This document shows, piece after piece, positions 13,926 to 28,134 of a stretch of 64,000 bases of DNA; the stretch's first letter is position 1; every line of letters starts with the position of its first letter. The stretch covers positions 304,606,001 to 304,670,000 of the forward strand of contig OZ024742.1 in NCBI GenBank assembly GCA_964016885.1, in the 5' to 3' direction. Below the pieces are notes generated by a model. That model ran no database searches. It saw nothing but the letters and a program-made list of their open reading frames with translations, and was not told where the DNA came from. Position numbers and translations under genes: made by a program. This DNA comes from Eledone cirrhosa. Lineage: Eukaryota.

Positions 13926-16900
13926 CAGTAACAAGTATTTCATCAACGTTTAAATGAAACGTGTCGAATTATGTTTAGAAGTTGTAACGCAAAACAATTT
14001 TCCTGAAATTAGAAATAGAACCTTTCGCCTTATTTTTTACTAAAGAAATTTCAGCCTGATAGTGGGGCTTACAACCCTCTTTTTTTCTATTTCTTGGAAG
14101 GTTCTAAACACCACTATCAAGCTAAAATGTCTTAAGTCAAAAGATTCTGTGAAAACTTCTATTTCTAATTTCAAACTCGTTCGCTGTTTCAAAAAATTTA
14201 ATTTTACCTGAATTATTTCGAAAACGTTTAAAAGAATATATAGTAAACTGATATATTTTTCCGTGTAATAACCTGTTCCTTCCTTTGAGCGGAGTTCGCT
14301 TCACAATCGTTAAATCCAGGGTTTGATCCAATTCAATAGCATCATGTACTTTCCCAGAGCTCTGAGTCAACCCTTGCATTGTGAGTAAAATTGAGTACAG
14401 GGAATGTATTTGGAATCTCGGCGGATGAACTGTCTTTAATTCAAAGGCACAACCTTGATATACACGTTGAACCTCTGAAAATTAAGCCAAAGCTAAACAT
14501 GACTTTGGAATGCTCAATGCTAATTTCTCGAACTGGCTGTTCCGGTAATCTAAGAAATGGAAAGCACGTCATCAAAAACGATGGTAGTTCATTCTATATG
14601 AGCTGGAATTTGGCAAGAATATGACTTAAAGTATTTAGTTGCGCCTGCAGATTTGATTCCAAATTTCGTTGATATCGACTTAGGTTTTCGTCATGCCGAG
14701 TGTTGAGCTCACTGTAATCGATTATAGCCTCCCACTATAGTTGAGAAATGTTGTCTGTTAGAAAACACTATATGTTGTCTGATTGTATTTCATTTGAAGA
14801 GGCTTCTTGTGTAAACCACCTTGTAGTTATTACATGTTTAGTGGTTGGGAAGCACATTATTCAAAGCCAGAAATATATACCTTGACTAAACATTTCAGAA
14901 ACTAAATAATGGATCCAAATTTGATTTGACACGTTTGAATATATGCGATATGTTTGAATATAAACAAATATACACAGACACGTACATTTCATGCGGAGAC
15001 ATGATGTTAATTTAAGAAAGATATGTATAACTTGATCGTCCCATAATATAAAGTAGATTAGACGTTTGTACCTAAATGTTTTCAATCAGCGAGTATGGAA
15101 TTTATTTAAATATACAACGCAAAGTATCGGATAAACGCGAAATTGTCCTTTATTAAAGATTCTGTGAAAAAAACTCTGTTATAGCAATACAAATAATATG
15201 AAGCTAGCGGGAACATAGTTGGAATTGAATTCCCTACGCCTGGTTAATTCGTAAGTGTATTAAATTTATACAACCGGACTTTAGGTGATATGCAGTCTCC
15301 TACAATCTTACACGTGCCTTATCAAGAACTTCATGTCAAACTCTCCTTCTCAAAATTAAACTCTATATTTCCGCATGATATAAAACATTTTACACCTGTC
15401 TATCAATAAACACACCGGAAATGGATTTCTTTCTCCCAATAATGCACCGTTTGGTTGGTTACGCCTCTTGGTCGATCCAATTAATTTAAGTATGGCATAT
15501 CTTTCCCAGTTATATTTTATAATTATTTCTAGCATATACAAATGCATGCACAAAGTAACACCCACATGCGATCACGCGCGAGCATTCCTTTTCATCGTAA
15601 ATTATTACATTATTATATGTAAAACATTCGTATATTAGTGAAAGCGAGAAATAGGAAAGGGAACTCCACAAAGCCTAATAGATTGAATTTCTTAGAAGGA
15701 AGTATCTCCTAGAAGATGTGAGTGAAAAAGTGAATTCTATCGTTATGAAATGGACTCCTGTCACTTTTCACGATGAGTGCTCCAGTTGTTCGTTGCATAA
15801 TAATAACGTAACCATGACAGATATGAGTCAAGAAATGAAAATCTGGAAGGGGCGTTAGTGTCAAGTCGGTGTATTGTACACAGTATGTTCAAATAAAGAA
15901 ATATCATCATATTACAAACGATTGTAGGATACGTCATTACTAGACTAGAAGCTGTAGTTTGTTGGTGATTAAGACGGTTACGGTTGCTATTGTAGACTCC
16001 ATCGCAGATAATTTAGTAGCATTATAGTTTAGAAAATAGTTTCTCTCCATGAGGCTAGCCGATATTTCTGACTGAAATATTTTCCAAGGGAAACAGTTCT
16101 TTTGAAAGCATAGATATGTTAAGAATGTGTTGCGAAAAATACACCTGTTTTGAAATGAATCCTATCTTCGCAAGTAAATGTGGATTATCTGTTGGTGTCA
16201 TGTCATGTGAATGTGCGTGTTGGTACGGAATATCATAACATAGGTAAATGAGCACTATAATATCAAGATCAATAGAAGATAATCATTAGTGGATGTTTTG
16301 TCCCCAAAGCCCACACATAGCTGTGTGGAAGCAAGCAATTCCAAGTAGTATTGTCAAATATTTGTGTTTCAGTGACTGTGATGAGAACCGAATTATTGAC
16401 CTTGAGCAGTACAAACTTGAATTCTAAAAACTAAAGCAGTTGGCTCTTAGCTACTCTTATTTATGATGTTGATTATGGTACTAAATTAAAATTGCACATT
16501 CTTGATATTATGGTATTTATTGTTGTCAATATTGTTTCTGTTTAAAGATAAACATAACAGATGGTCATGAAGTTCAAATTTTTTTCTGAATGACAGAATC
16601 TCATAAGATAATAACTTATCCTGGCTTCTTTGGCATTAAGCTACCGATAGTACTAGACGTCGAAGGCTTAATTATCAGCTACAGTATGCGATTTTAGCTG
16701 AAGATTGAGGCAAGGATATATTGTCATACTGGAGCAAGATACCACCATACGTTTATAAAATCGAACCAACCCCCATCGCCAATATGGTGTTGGTAATGTT
16801 GGCATTGATTTTGGTCAAGTTATTAGTGTAAATATTTTAATATCAATTCTGGTAACATTACCAAACATTTTTTGTACTGATGTTGTTAGGGTAGTCTTCA

Positions 16901-16967
16901 GGGATTCTACTGTGGTCGGGAATATTACAATAAGGATACTGTTGCTACAACAGCAACAACACAAATA

Positions 16968-17113
16968 TCTGTATCTATATTTGGCACAAGATCAGTAATT
17001 TCAAGGGAAAGGCAAAATCGATCAAATTGACCCCAGTGCGTTAGTGATGTTTTATTTTATTGACCTCGTAAGGATGAAAGGCAAACCTAACCTCGACGAG
17101 ATGTGAACTCAAA
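16968..17113 (-). mobile_element. Diverged 5'-truncated SINE (long variant)
   Basis: ttattgacctcgtaaggatgaaaggcaaacctaacctcgacgagatgtgaactca. Confidence 0.75.
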
Positions 17114-17998
17114 TAATAATAATAAAATATTAGTTGGGTGGAAATATTTGAAACTGTAGTTATTGTGATTGGAGTTTGAAGTTATTTTGTATCTTTAATA
17201 TGTTAGCATTGGTATGGAGTATAATTTGTTAATGTTAATATTGACGACGGAGACATTACTATTGTTGTTAATGGTTGTGATAATAGTGGTGAGGTGGATG
17301 TTACAGATTTTGGTCATGAAATGAATTGTAAGAGCTACTATAGAAAGATTATCGATCTTCTCTAGGTCACAACACTAAGCTGACCTGGCTTGATGAGGAA
17401 TACAGAGAAAGATTGAACATGAAATATAGTGAACACGAAAGGGTGACAGGGGGAAAGAGAGAGAGAAAGAGAGAGATAGAGAGATAGAGAGAGAGAAAGA
17501 GAGAGATAGAGATAGATAGATAGATAGAGAGAGGGGGGGAGAAAAAATGTTGGTATATGTTTCTCTGTGAGTCTGCATATGTTTGTGCGTGAGTGCATCT
17601 CTTTGTGCGTATTTGTATGTGAACAAGTTAATGGGAGTCTCAATATAGGCTTGTATATCTGATAAATGGATTGAAAAAAAAATATAAGGTTTGATGACGG
17701 AGGGTTGCCAGACATTAATGAGTGAACAATGAGGAGTTTGGGATGGGAATGTCTCGTCAGGGATGGAAGTTGCTAAAATGGAATAAGATATCTGAGGAAG
17801 TATGGAAAACAGTTCATATGATAGACATAGGAAATTTATGTATACATGTACCTGTGAATGTGTGTGTATTCTCATCGACGTAAAGTAGATGTATGTGTAT
17901 ATAATTATTTTACAGAATTAATAATAGCTGTTTATTGTATACAGGTATAAAATAAACATTTCCCGATGTGTGTGTGTGCTTGTGTGCGTGCATGCATG

Positions 17999-18075
<77 letters not shown>

Positions 18076-18193
18076 TTCTTCTCATGTTTTTATATATATA
18101 TATTTATATTTATAACATAATATAAAATAAAGTTATATCTGTATACATACAGAGTGATGAAACGAGAATGTGCCAATGTGTATGTAAATATAC

Positions 18194-18953
18194 TCAGACT
18201 CAGACTCAGAAGCTCCCGCGTCTTGCGACGCGTTCGGTCAGCAGCCAGTTGCACAGCGTCCCGCCATTGTCTGTTTGTCGCTCGCAGGTCCCTCTCAACT
18301 GTCTGGCGCCAGTTTATTTTGGGTCGCCCTCTCCGTGTGCTTCCCTGCGGACTCCATGTAAGTACTTGGTTCGCCAGTCTCTCCGAGGGAAGTCTCAAAG
18401 CGTGCCCAAACCAGCCCAGGCGTCGCTTGCAGATGGTAGAAGAGACTAGCTGCTGGTTGGTGCGGTTCCTGACTTCCTGGTTTGTTATGTGATCACTCCA
18501 TTTAATCCCCAGGATCTTTCGCAGACACCTGGAATCGAATGCGTCCAACTTCTTCTCTTGGCTGGTCTTAAGGTGCCATGTTTCACTTCCGTACAAGAGT
18601 GGGGACAGCACGTTGCTGTTGTAGAATCTCATCTTTGTTTTGAGGGTGAACTTCCTGCTCTTCCAGATGTTGTCAAGCTGGTTAAATGCTGCTGAAGCCT
18701 TTCCCATTCTACATTGCAATTCACTGTCCATGGCGCCCCCATTGTCAATGGAGCTTCCTAAGTAGGTGAAGTTGTCCACTATCTCCACCTCCCCCTGTTC
18801 AATGAAGACACTAGTTGGTGATGGGTGTGTCCCAGATAACATGCTTTTGGTCTTCTTAGCACTGATATTGAGACCTAAGCTTCCTGCTTCGACATTGATA
18901 TTGTTCATAATGATTTGCAGGTCAGCTGTGCTCTCTGCAAGTGCAGCAATATC
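18194..18953 (-). mobile_element. 5'-truncated RTE-clade LINE (RT C-terminal half)
   Basis: ORF 18090-18965 contains DIAALAES, GLNISAKKTK, FTYLGS, LLYGSETW, RCLRKILGIKW, RRLGWFGH and RGRPK; (TCTGAG)3 tail; 10-bp TSD GTAAATATAC at 18184-18193 and 18954-18963. Confidence 0.93.
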
Positions 18954-19404
18954 GTAAATATACACATTTTCAATATACAGATTTCTGTATATACCAGAAC
19001 AATGGATTTTCGGAACGGCTTATGTCTTCATCAGAAGGTATGTATATCAGTTAAACAACCACAGGGAAACACGGATTTGATGGGCTTATATATCTAATCG
19101 CTCATAATATTATTCAGAATAGACGTACAATATAAAAAGGGGAGACGGCAATACCTAAAGTAGCATCCGACAAGATGTGAGTTTCTGCAAATAGCACACA
19201 GATTCTAACTATAGAGTGTGGAGAATCTTATACTCTTCTAAGACAATACTTGCAATGTGGGTTTCATAGTTAAGAATAGTCTTAAGTTAGTGAAATATAT
19301 TCCACACATTCACAGGCGCGCGTAATTACGTGTATATATATATTTATGCACTCACTCTGTCTCTCTCTATCTCTCTCTATATATATATAAATATATATAT
19401 ATAT

Positions 19405-19615
19405 ATAGGAAAAAGTATGACCCCAGCGGCAGAGCGCAAGCCGTTTCGACGGCTATTTCTGGACTAAATTCCAATTTAGTCCAGAAATAGCCGTCGAAAC
19501 GACTTGAGCACTGCCGTCGGGGTCATACTTTTTTCCTATTTCCCACTCTACTACTCTAAGTATTGATTACTCTGGTGCGTTATGCTCCATCTGGTTCCAT
19601 ACCACATTTCCTTTG

Positions 19616-19616
<1 letters not shown>
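19405..19616 (+). mobile_element. Fold-back cassette (family C) with HHR 3' half, in (TA)n
   Basis: 19405-19539 is a near-perfect palindrome; contains GAAA-cgac..gccg-TC-gggg; its tail cccactctactactctaagtattg is homologous to 24353 onward. Confidence 0.7.
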
Positions 19617-19646
<30 letters not shown>

Positions 19647-19661
19647 CACTCTCTCTCTCTA

Positions 19662-19711
<50 letters not shown>

Positions 19712-20293
19712 GTGTTCACGTTGAGTATGTTGAAATATGTTTGTGTCGACGTGGGCGTCTTAGAAAAGAGGTAGAATACACAATTATAGACAAATTATAT
19801 ATTAAAAAATCCTATTTTTTATTGTAGATTTCGCAATGGTGTATGTTTTATTACCACAGGTAAAATGCAGGCGAACAGTGATTACTGTTCTCGGTTTGCA
19901 ATAATCTTACTTGGTTTATTAATGACCAAAGGAAAAAACTGAACCTCTCATCATCTACGATTACCACCTATACAGAAAATTTACTGGCCTGTGTTTATAT
20001 GAGAAAGCAATTTTCTGATGCCTACATACCTCTATATATTCAGACCTACACACATACATTCATGCTTGTATGCTAACGTCCAAACATTCATTAACTACAT
20101 ACAATGTCTACATACGCACTTTCTATGTCTACATACATAAATACGTACGTATATGCACACATCAATATAACGCTACACCTATAAACAGATTCATACCTAC
20201 CTATCTACATACATACATAGATACATGCGCACCTACATAAATAAAACACACACGCATACATACGCACCTTCATGCGGCGTGCATGCAAACATC

Positions 20294-20343
<50 letters not shown>

Positions 20344-20552
20344 CGTATAATATTCAATTCATTCTCACATACGCAACGAGACAGAGACACTCACAGATAG
20401 AGGCTTGCATACATGAGTAATGCTATCAGCATAAGTCGGAGTTTTAATGTTTAGCCCTTTCCTATCTGCTCTATCTAACTACACGTGTATATGTATGTAT
20501 GTATACGTATTGTTTTGTAGACAATTCTATTTATTTGCTTCTCGTTTACATT

Positions 20553-20648
20553 AAATCTGCTATAGTTTCGGCGACAAACCCATCGAAGAACAGCCGATAC
20601 CTCGAAGGCTAGACGATATCCGGTTGTATCGAAGCCATATCAGGATTT
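20553..20648 (-). ncRNA. Degenerate hammerhead motif at the 3' end of a CpG-rich non-coding insert (~20520-20960)
   Basis: aaatc-CTGATAT-ggc...gcc-GAAA-ctatag-CA-gattt: all stems pair, stem III is palindromic, core and cleavage triplet are mutated; AATAAA downstream. Confidence 0.5.
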
Positions 20649-22417
20649 GTTGCTGAAATCATTAGTTTGCTACTAGAGAAGGCATCATTGCATGATGCGT
20701 CACAGTTAAATGCTTATCAACACGGAACCGAAAGATCGTGATACCATCGGGCTTTCTGTCGTCCCCTTGTTTCAGCCACACAGACAGATAAAGGAAGGAA
20801 GACCTGCAGCATAGAATCCACGAGTTATGATAGTCTTTAAGTTAGGTATGGCGTGGGAGAGAGGTAGCAGGTACTCTAGTGGCATGATCGGGATGAAGGC
20901 CAAGAGAATTCTGTATATTTGTGTGGTATTATACCAACAAACATAAACTTGTGAAACACACAAAAAATGTTTTCAGTAATTTTGGTATGTCCGAACCGGC
21001 ACTGCTGGTTGCTTAAGAGGAATATCATTTGGCGCAGTATAGGTACCAATGCTCAGTTTCCGAATTAGTTAGTGGGTTTTATGGAAGGAAACGTTTTCAC
21101 TTCAGCTCAAATTAAAATGCAAACAACCCTTTGACAATAATACATGGGAAAATAGTGAACATGCACACAGCTTAGGTTGTTATTGTTTAGCTGCAGGTCA
21201 CATTCCAACAACTAGAACTATAGTCAATGGTCCTCAAGCCATGACTATTCTGACTATTTCTTTAGATTTGTCATTTTGTCGATGTGCTGTAGTGTTAGCT
21301 CCTTTAGAATTCCTCGGTGGTTGTTTATTGGTATTTATGCATTTATTATTAGAGAAACTGTCTAGGGCGGTAGATTAGCAGATTGATATGACATCGGAGC
21401 AATGTTTTTGCATTCTGAGGTCAAATCCTGCTGAGGACTACTTTGCATTTCAGCAAAGCAATAATCTCATACTTGGCTCGTTTTACTCGAACACCACCAA
21501 CACCCTCCGTAAAAAATTCTGATCCTTTGCTAAAATCTGAAACAATCATTATAGACCATAATATAAAGAAGGTGAATGATTCCAATCAGATACCACACTG
21601 TATTATTTGCTTTATAGTTATTGTATACCACTCTATTGTATACCACAATATACATTTATGAATATTACCCATGCAACTCTAATATATCCCCTGCATTGTG
21701 TTCCACGAGATTTTGCAAAGTTCTAATTTAACTTACTCTGCAACAGCATATCATCTGGGAAACGTTTAGTTTGATGGAGAACAGGAAAGAAATATGGGTA
21801 GAGTCACATGGTGGAGAGATGTCCCATGTAAGTCACATAGCTGTCTCAGGCAAATCGGAATTGAAAATATATGTTATATCCAGGATAGGTGAAATGTAAT
21901 TACTTGAAATCAGCCCAATTATCGAATATTAACGACTATAGAGTTCGCCAGGTTAGAGAAAGTATAGACATTAGTTGGAACATTTTATGTGTACAGATAA
22001 GATACTGTAACTACTTGTAACGTTAGTTCTCTATAACCCAATATATATGTTAAAGACAAACAGATAATCATAAGAGAAGGGGAAAATGTGGAGTGCATGG
22101 AAAATTGGTGTGGTACAATTACCAATAAACTGAGCTCGAAGCAAAATAATATTGGAAAGGTCCCATTTATACTTTCGTTCTTTATTATTTTCATAAGAAA
22201 CATTGAATATAAATGGACATATGGTAAATGTTTGGGGACTGGAAAACGCGAAGGTAGTTCTGAATATTGATTGAATTATACAGGTTTGTGTAGCCATAAC
22301 AATGTATTCCAAATACAGCAGCATGCTTCTTCCTATAAGGAAAACAATATTATAAAATGAGGTAGAACATATCTGCATATCTCTCATACCTTTCTTTCCT
22401 TCGCTCCTTTTCTATCT

Positions 22418-22419
<2 letters not shown>

Positions 22420-22514
<95 letters not shown>

Positions 22515-22590
22515 ACACTTTCTCTCTCTCTCTCTCTCACTTTTGCTTCTATTTCGCTCTTCTTAGTCGCTGTCTCAACGGTCAAACACA

Positions 22591-22664
<74 letters not shown>

Positions 22665-22786
22665 TTCTCTCTCGCTCACTCTCTCTCTATCTATCTCTCT
22701 CTCCACACTGTCTCCACAAAGAAGCTGTCGCTCTCTCTTTCGCTCTCTCTATCCTATCTTGTTCTACTCTCACTATATCCTCAAGG

Positions 22787-22880
<94 letters not shown>
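22420..22880. repeat. (CT)n and (TA)n microsatellites
   Basis: Direct reading. Confidence 0.95.
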
Positions 22881-22883
<3 letters not shown>

Positions 22884-23381
22884 AGCATCTCGCTCTTCTA
22901 TTACATTGTCGCTACAAACAACATGCTCTCTCTCTCTCTCTCTTTCTTTCTCTCATTCTTTCTCTCTTCTTCCCTCTTCTACTTTTCTCTCTCACTCTCT
23001 CTCACACATGTTTGCTTATCTATACATAAGAATGAGAAAATATTAACCGTCGCTGAATTTAGCCGATCATGGTATCCATCATAGCAATGGGGTTATGTTT
23101 GTATCAATAGAATGTATTTTTTCGAATTATATAAGCCCGTAAATCTTCCGTCTTCTGTCGGCGTCTACTTCGTTTGTGTTTCAACAGCTAATGACGTTAT
23201 CTATACGTTGCCTATGGGGATGTTTCTACGAATGGGACATCGTTTTGTAAACAGCTAAAAGTTTGTGTTTTTTTATCAATAAAGCTACTTACTAACCTAG
23301 ATAATTATTGACATTAAAACGAAATTATACATATAAATATGAGTAAGAATACACAGACACATACACTCACACATATGTATG

Positions 23382-23422
<41 letters not shown>

Positions 23423-23445
23423 ATGTGTATATATATATTTGTGTA

Positions 23446-23494
<49 letters not shown>

Positions 23495-23529
23495 ATATAT
23501 ATATGTGTGTGTGTAAATATATTTGTGTA

Positions 23530-23579
<50 letters not shown>

Positions 23580-23593
23580 TATATATTTATATT

Positions 23594-23625
<32 letters not shown>

Positions 23626-23797
23626 CGCACACACACACACACACACACACAAATATATATATATAAATATATATATAAATATACTATACGCGAGTCCTTT
23701 GCTCTGTTATTTTTACTATATATATATATATATATATATATAATTTGTATAATATGTAACCCATGTGCAACCACGCAGTATTCCTCTTTCTTCTCAT

Positions 23798-23842
<45 letters not shown>

Positions 23843-24167
23843 CAAACACTTATGCCTTTACATTCATACATACAATCTATTCTATATACATCAATGGATG
23901 TTTCTATATGCATATATTGTGCAGGACGACTGTATGTGACCGTTTACGCCCGTCTTAACACTGATGACTACATATGCTCGAATTATGCCAAGTAAATATA
24001 TTACATATTTTAAAATAGAAACATGTATTTTTCCTTCTACATTGTCATCCACACACATATACGTACATACACGTATATATATATGTGCGTGGGGGGTGGG
24101 GTGGGGGTGAGTTTGTGTGTGTAAGTGTGTGTGTGTGTATATACATACATATATATATATATATATA

Positions 24168-24225
24168 TACTCTTTTACTCTTTTACCTGTTACAGCCATC
24201 CGACTGAGGCCATGCTGGGGCACCT
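24168..24225 (-). mobile_element. Short SINE/LINE 3' end with (AAAGAGTA)n tail
   Basis: Reverse-complement homolog of 8699-8755, truncated at the same point. Confidence 0.65.
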
Positions 24226-24234
24226 ATATATATA

Positions 24235-24430
24235 TATGAAATATTCGGGACACCGAAGGCTGAGCTCCAGCCGTTTCAACACCTTGATCCAAACGCTGAT
24301 CTAGCTGTTGAAAGGGCATGAGCTCAGCCGTCAGAGTCTCGAATAATTCATACTACCCACTCTTTTATCCCAAGTATCGAGTATTCTTGTGAGTAATGGT
24401 CTAACTAGTTTTTACTGCATCTATTCTGAT
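24235..24430 (+). mobile_element. Fold-back cassette (family C, diverged)
   Basis: tatgaaatattcgggac...tttcaaca is inverted to tgttgaaa...gtctcgaataattcata; contains GAAA.ggc..gagctca.gccgTC. Confidence 0.6.
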
Positions 24431-24473
<43 letters not shown>

Positions 24474-24502
24474 TGTATATATATATATAGTTCAGACTAT
24501 AT

Positions 24503-24695
24503 ATATGTGTTTGTGTCTATATTGTATCTGTATTTTTGACCGTTGGTCAGTCAATGGTAACATTGAGGACCGAATAAATTAAATTAACCGATATAAAAGA
24601 CACAGAAGCGAAAACCAACCAAACAGTGAGTGTATTCTGTTATTAATTCTGGTAATATTATTCCACAAATATGATCCTCCCCAAGTATAACAATA
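24503..24695 (+). repeat. Dispersed repeat family D (partial)
   Basis: Matches 41717-41910 (atgtgtttgtgtctatattgtatctg...ccccaagtataacaat). Confidence 0.8.
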
Positions 24696-25863
24696 TATAT
24701 ATATATATATATTTACACACATATACATATAATCATATCTATGCTGCTAACAACACATGTTTCTATGACACTGGCCTGGCCATAGCAATGCTACCTTGCA
24801 CAGTCACTTATCGCTAATATGTTTATATACGTGTGTATTTGGAAAATGCAATATACTTCATCGGGAAACTGTTTAATTTACGTACAATCATTGAATTCAG
24901 TATATGTTACACAGACGCACATAAGGATGCATTACCATATACATACATCCTTGTATATATATATATCGAGAGGGGAGGGGGGTCGTGGTCCTGTTATGTT
25001 TTGTCATTGTGCGTATCAACGTGTTTTTATCTTTAAATATATATCTGTGAATATTCTCTTTTACACTCACTATCTTTGCACACATACGCACACACACTCA
25101 TATACATACATGCACACACATATATACACGCACACACATATACATATATATACATGCACACACATACATACATAAACGCACACACTCACGTATATATATA
25201 TTCAAGCATGTAGAAATTGATGGGAATTTCAACCCTGTAAACCACAGACATACAAGTGTAAACTAGCGTGGACGTATGCGCACACTGCCAGAAACTGTTC
25301 TACACAACTAGGCACGTAGACAAGTAGGCAGCACGTACGCGCGTGCGCACGTTCCCAAAGGCGCGAGAATGCGTGAGTGCACGCACATGCGAACATGCTC
25401 ACGCGTGCTTCCTTGCATACAGGCTGATGTGCTTGTGTGTATTTCAGAACGCAGTGAATACGTACATATTTGTGCGTGTGTGATTGTGTGTGTGTGCGAG
25501 CGTGTGCTCTACTGCATGCTTATGTACGCTTGTTTAGTAGGAAGGTGCCGTCGCTATCGTAGCATGCACGCAGCGGCATGTAATTCTATGAAAGCAGCAA
25601 AGAAAGATTTCTCGAGTTGGCCTGCCTGACTGTCAGACTATTACTTCTTTCGTGTATGGAAAGATGTCTTCTAATACGGTTGGCTGGCTAGTCGGATGGT
25701 TAGTCGGCTGGCTCGTTGTTTCTTTGGTTAGTTGGTTGGCTGGTTGGTTGGTTGGTTGGATTGGTTACTCAGTCGGTCGCCCGTTTCTTGGATTTATTTA
25801 AATTATCATAATATTATTTGCATCTCACGTGATTCTATGCTTGCTCAACTAAATACCTATCGC

Positions 25864-25867
<4 letters not shown>

Positions 25868-25928
<61 letters not shown>

Positions 25929-25969
25929 ATATGTATATATATTTATATATATATATACATATTTATATG

Positions 25970-26018
<49 letters not shown>

Positions 26019-26031
26019 TTATGTAAATGTA

Positions 26032-26082
<51 letters not shown>

Positions 26083-26093
26083 TTATGTAAATG

Positions 26094-26137
<44 letters not shown>

Positions 26138-26277
26138 CATATTTATATATATATATATACATATTTATATATATGTTTGTATATATATATATATATACAT
26201 ATTTATATATATGTATGTATATATATATATATATACATATTTATATGTATGTATGTATGTATATGTATGTATGTATG

Positions 26278-26349
<72 letters not shown>

Positions 26350-26370
26350 CATATATATACACACATATAT
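25868..26370. repeat. (TA)n-derived microsatellite
   Basis: Direct reading. Confidence 0.95.
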
Positions 26371-26499
26371 GTTTGTAGAGAGTGAGAATGTTGTTATTAA
26401 TTAAGTGTATAAAAAAAAAACATTATTCAAATTAGTCTTCCGTACTTAAGGACAGGAGAATTTTGATACTGGGTTTCCTCTTCCATAGCAACAGCAATG

Positions 26500-26901
26500 A
26501 TAATTGTTTCTGATTTAGGCACAAGCCCAACACTTTTTTGGCGTAGGGAAAATCTATTAAATTGACCCCAGTGCGTTACTGGTACTATATTTTATCGACC
26601 CCGTAATGATGAAAGATAAGCTAGCAACAGCAGGATTTGAAACCAGAACATATAAGGCCTTAACATTGCCACAAAGCATAGTGTGCAACCCTCTGCCAAT
26701 ACTACTACTAATAATTGTTTCTACTATTGGCACAAGGCCAGCAATTACCCAGTACATTACTGGTGCTTTATTTTATCCACCCCGTAAGGATGAAAAGCAA
26801 AGTTAACTTCGGCGGGATTTGAACTCAGAATGGCAAGGGCCGTAACTCTATGCGCCAAAGCATGGCGTCTGACCATCTACCGATACTGCCAATTCACCGC
26901 C
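26500..26901 (-). mobile_element. Two tandem SINE copies (long 26500-26700; full-length short 26708-26901)
   Basis: Two core motifs; head GGCGGTGAATTGGCAG at 26901; possible TSD ctacta(a/t)taat. Confidence 0.85.
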
Positions 26902-27732
26902 CTACTATTAATAGTAAAGATTTCTAATTGGCCAATACGCATAACATCTGTATAGAGAGGATGTGGAAAAGCAAAGGCAGAAAACTGGCTAAGAAGCGCC
27001 AGGCTAAAAGCCGAGACTGAATTATGTCTAATTCCTGCACAAGCTCAACACCTCTCGACTAAAGATTTCCAAAACCCTATTATGAATCAGAACACTGTAA
27101 CTGTTGAATATGTTATGATAGGGGAGAAACAATTAATATTTGCGAAGAAAACTCATTAGCCATCCATTTAAATACATACTCTCTCACACACATACACATG
27201 TGCAACTGTCTTTCACCATAGACTCGGTTTTGCAATCCCGTTGTCTCGACTGTGTCACACACACAAACATACATACTCCCACACACGAACACACACACAC
27301 AATTATACACACACACACACACACACACACAAGTATACACATACACATACAGACAAATATACACACACACATATATAGAGTATTTTGTTTTGGGGATGCA
27401 TATGTGTTTTCAGAAACCAAAGAGAATGAAGTCTTAGTGAGTCAGTTGGATGCGAGGATCTGAATTAATAGATTTATACAAAGGGTTTCGAATCACGTGA
27501 GGAAACATTGCACCAAGTTACAAAAAGGAAGATATAAGCAATATATCAGCTTAGCAAAAGAAAGAACATTGTTATTCTGGTAAACAACGGAATCTCAACT
27601 GTCACTCAAACTGCTAAAAATATCAACCAGATGTTGCGAGAAATACGCCTCAGCGTCTTAAAAAAATAAATGTCTAAGATTATATTGGATTATGAAGTAT
27701 TATATATCTGTGTGTGTGTGTGTATTCATTTA

Positions 27733-28134
27733 TTATGGCTAAGTAGTGATTCTAGTTCCTGCGGAGTTTCACATGTGCAGTCACAGGTTAATAAGTGTTG
27801 TCTCGTGACACTATAAGTGCACAGGTGAAACTTCAAATAACACGACTCACTACTTAGCACCCCCCCCCCAAAAAAAAGGGAACATTTAAAATCTACTTTG
27901 GTATTGAGTATATTTTTCTCACGTCCATCAACATTATACATATATCCGCGTGTAGTTGATGTACTTGAGAAATGTGTACTCAATACCGACGCAGAGTTTA
28001 TATTTTCATTTTTTGTGGTTAAGTAATGATTCTTGATATTTGGAGTTTCGCCTGTGTGCTTACAGGAACACCGGACAAGACTGTGAGTGTGCAGGTGAAA
28101 CTCCAGAGTAATATGAATCGCTACTTAGCCATAA
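27733..28134. mobile_element. MITE-like element built from two ~125-bp hairpin units
   Basis: Perfect terminal IR ttatggctaagtag / ctacttagccataa; diverged internal copies at ~27820-27860 and ~28014-28050. Confidence 0.55.

Noticed and set aside
18154-18957. Plus-strand ORFs over the RTE element
   Set aside because: Antisense shadows of GC-rich coding sequence.
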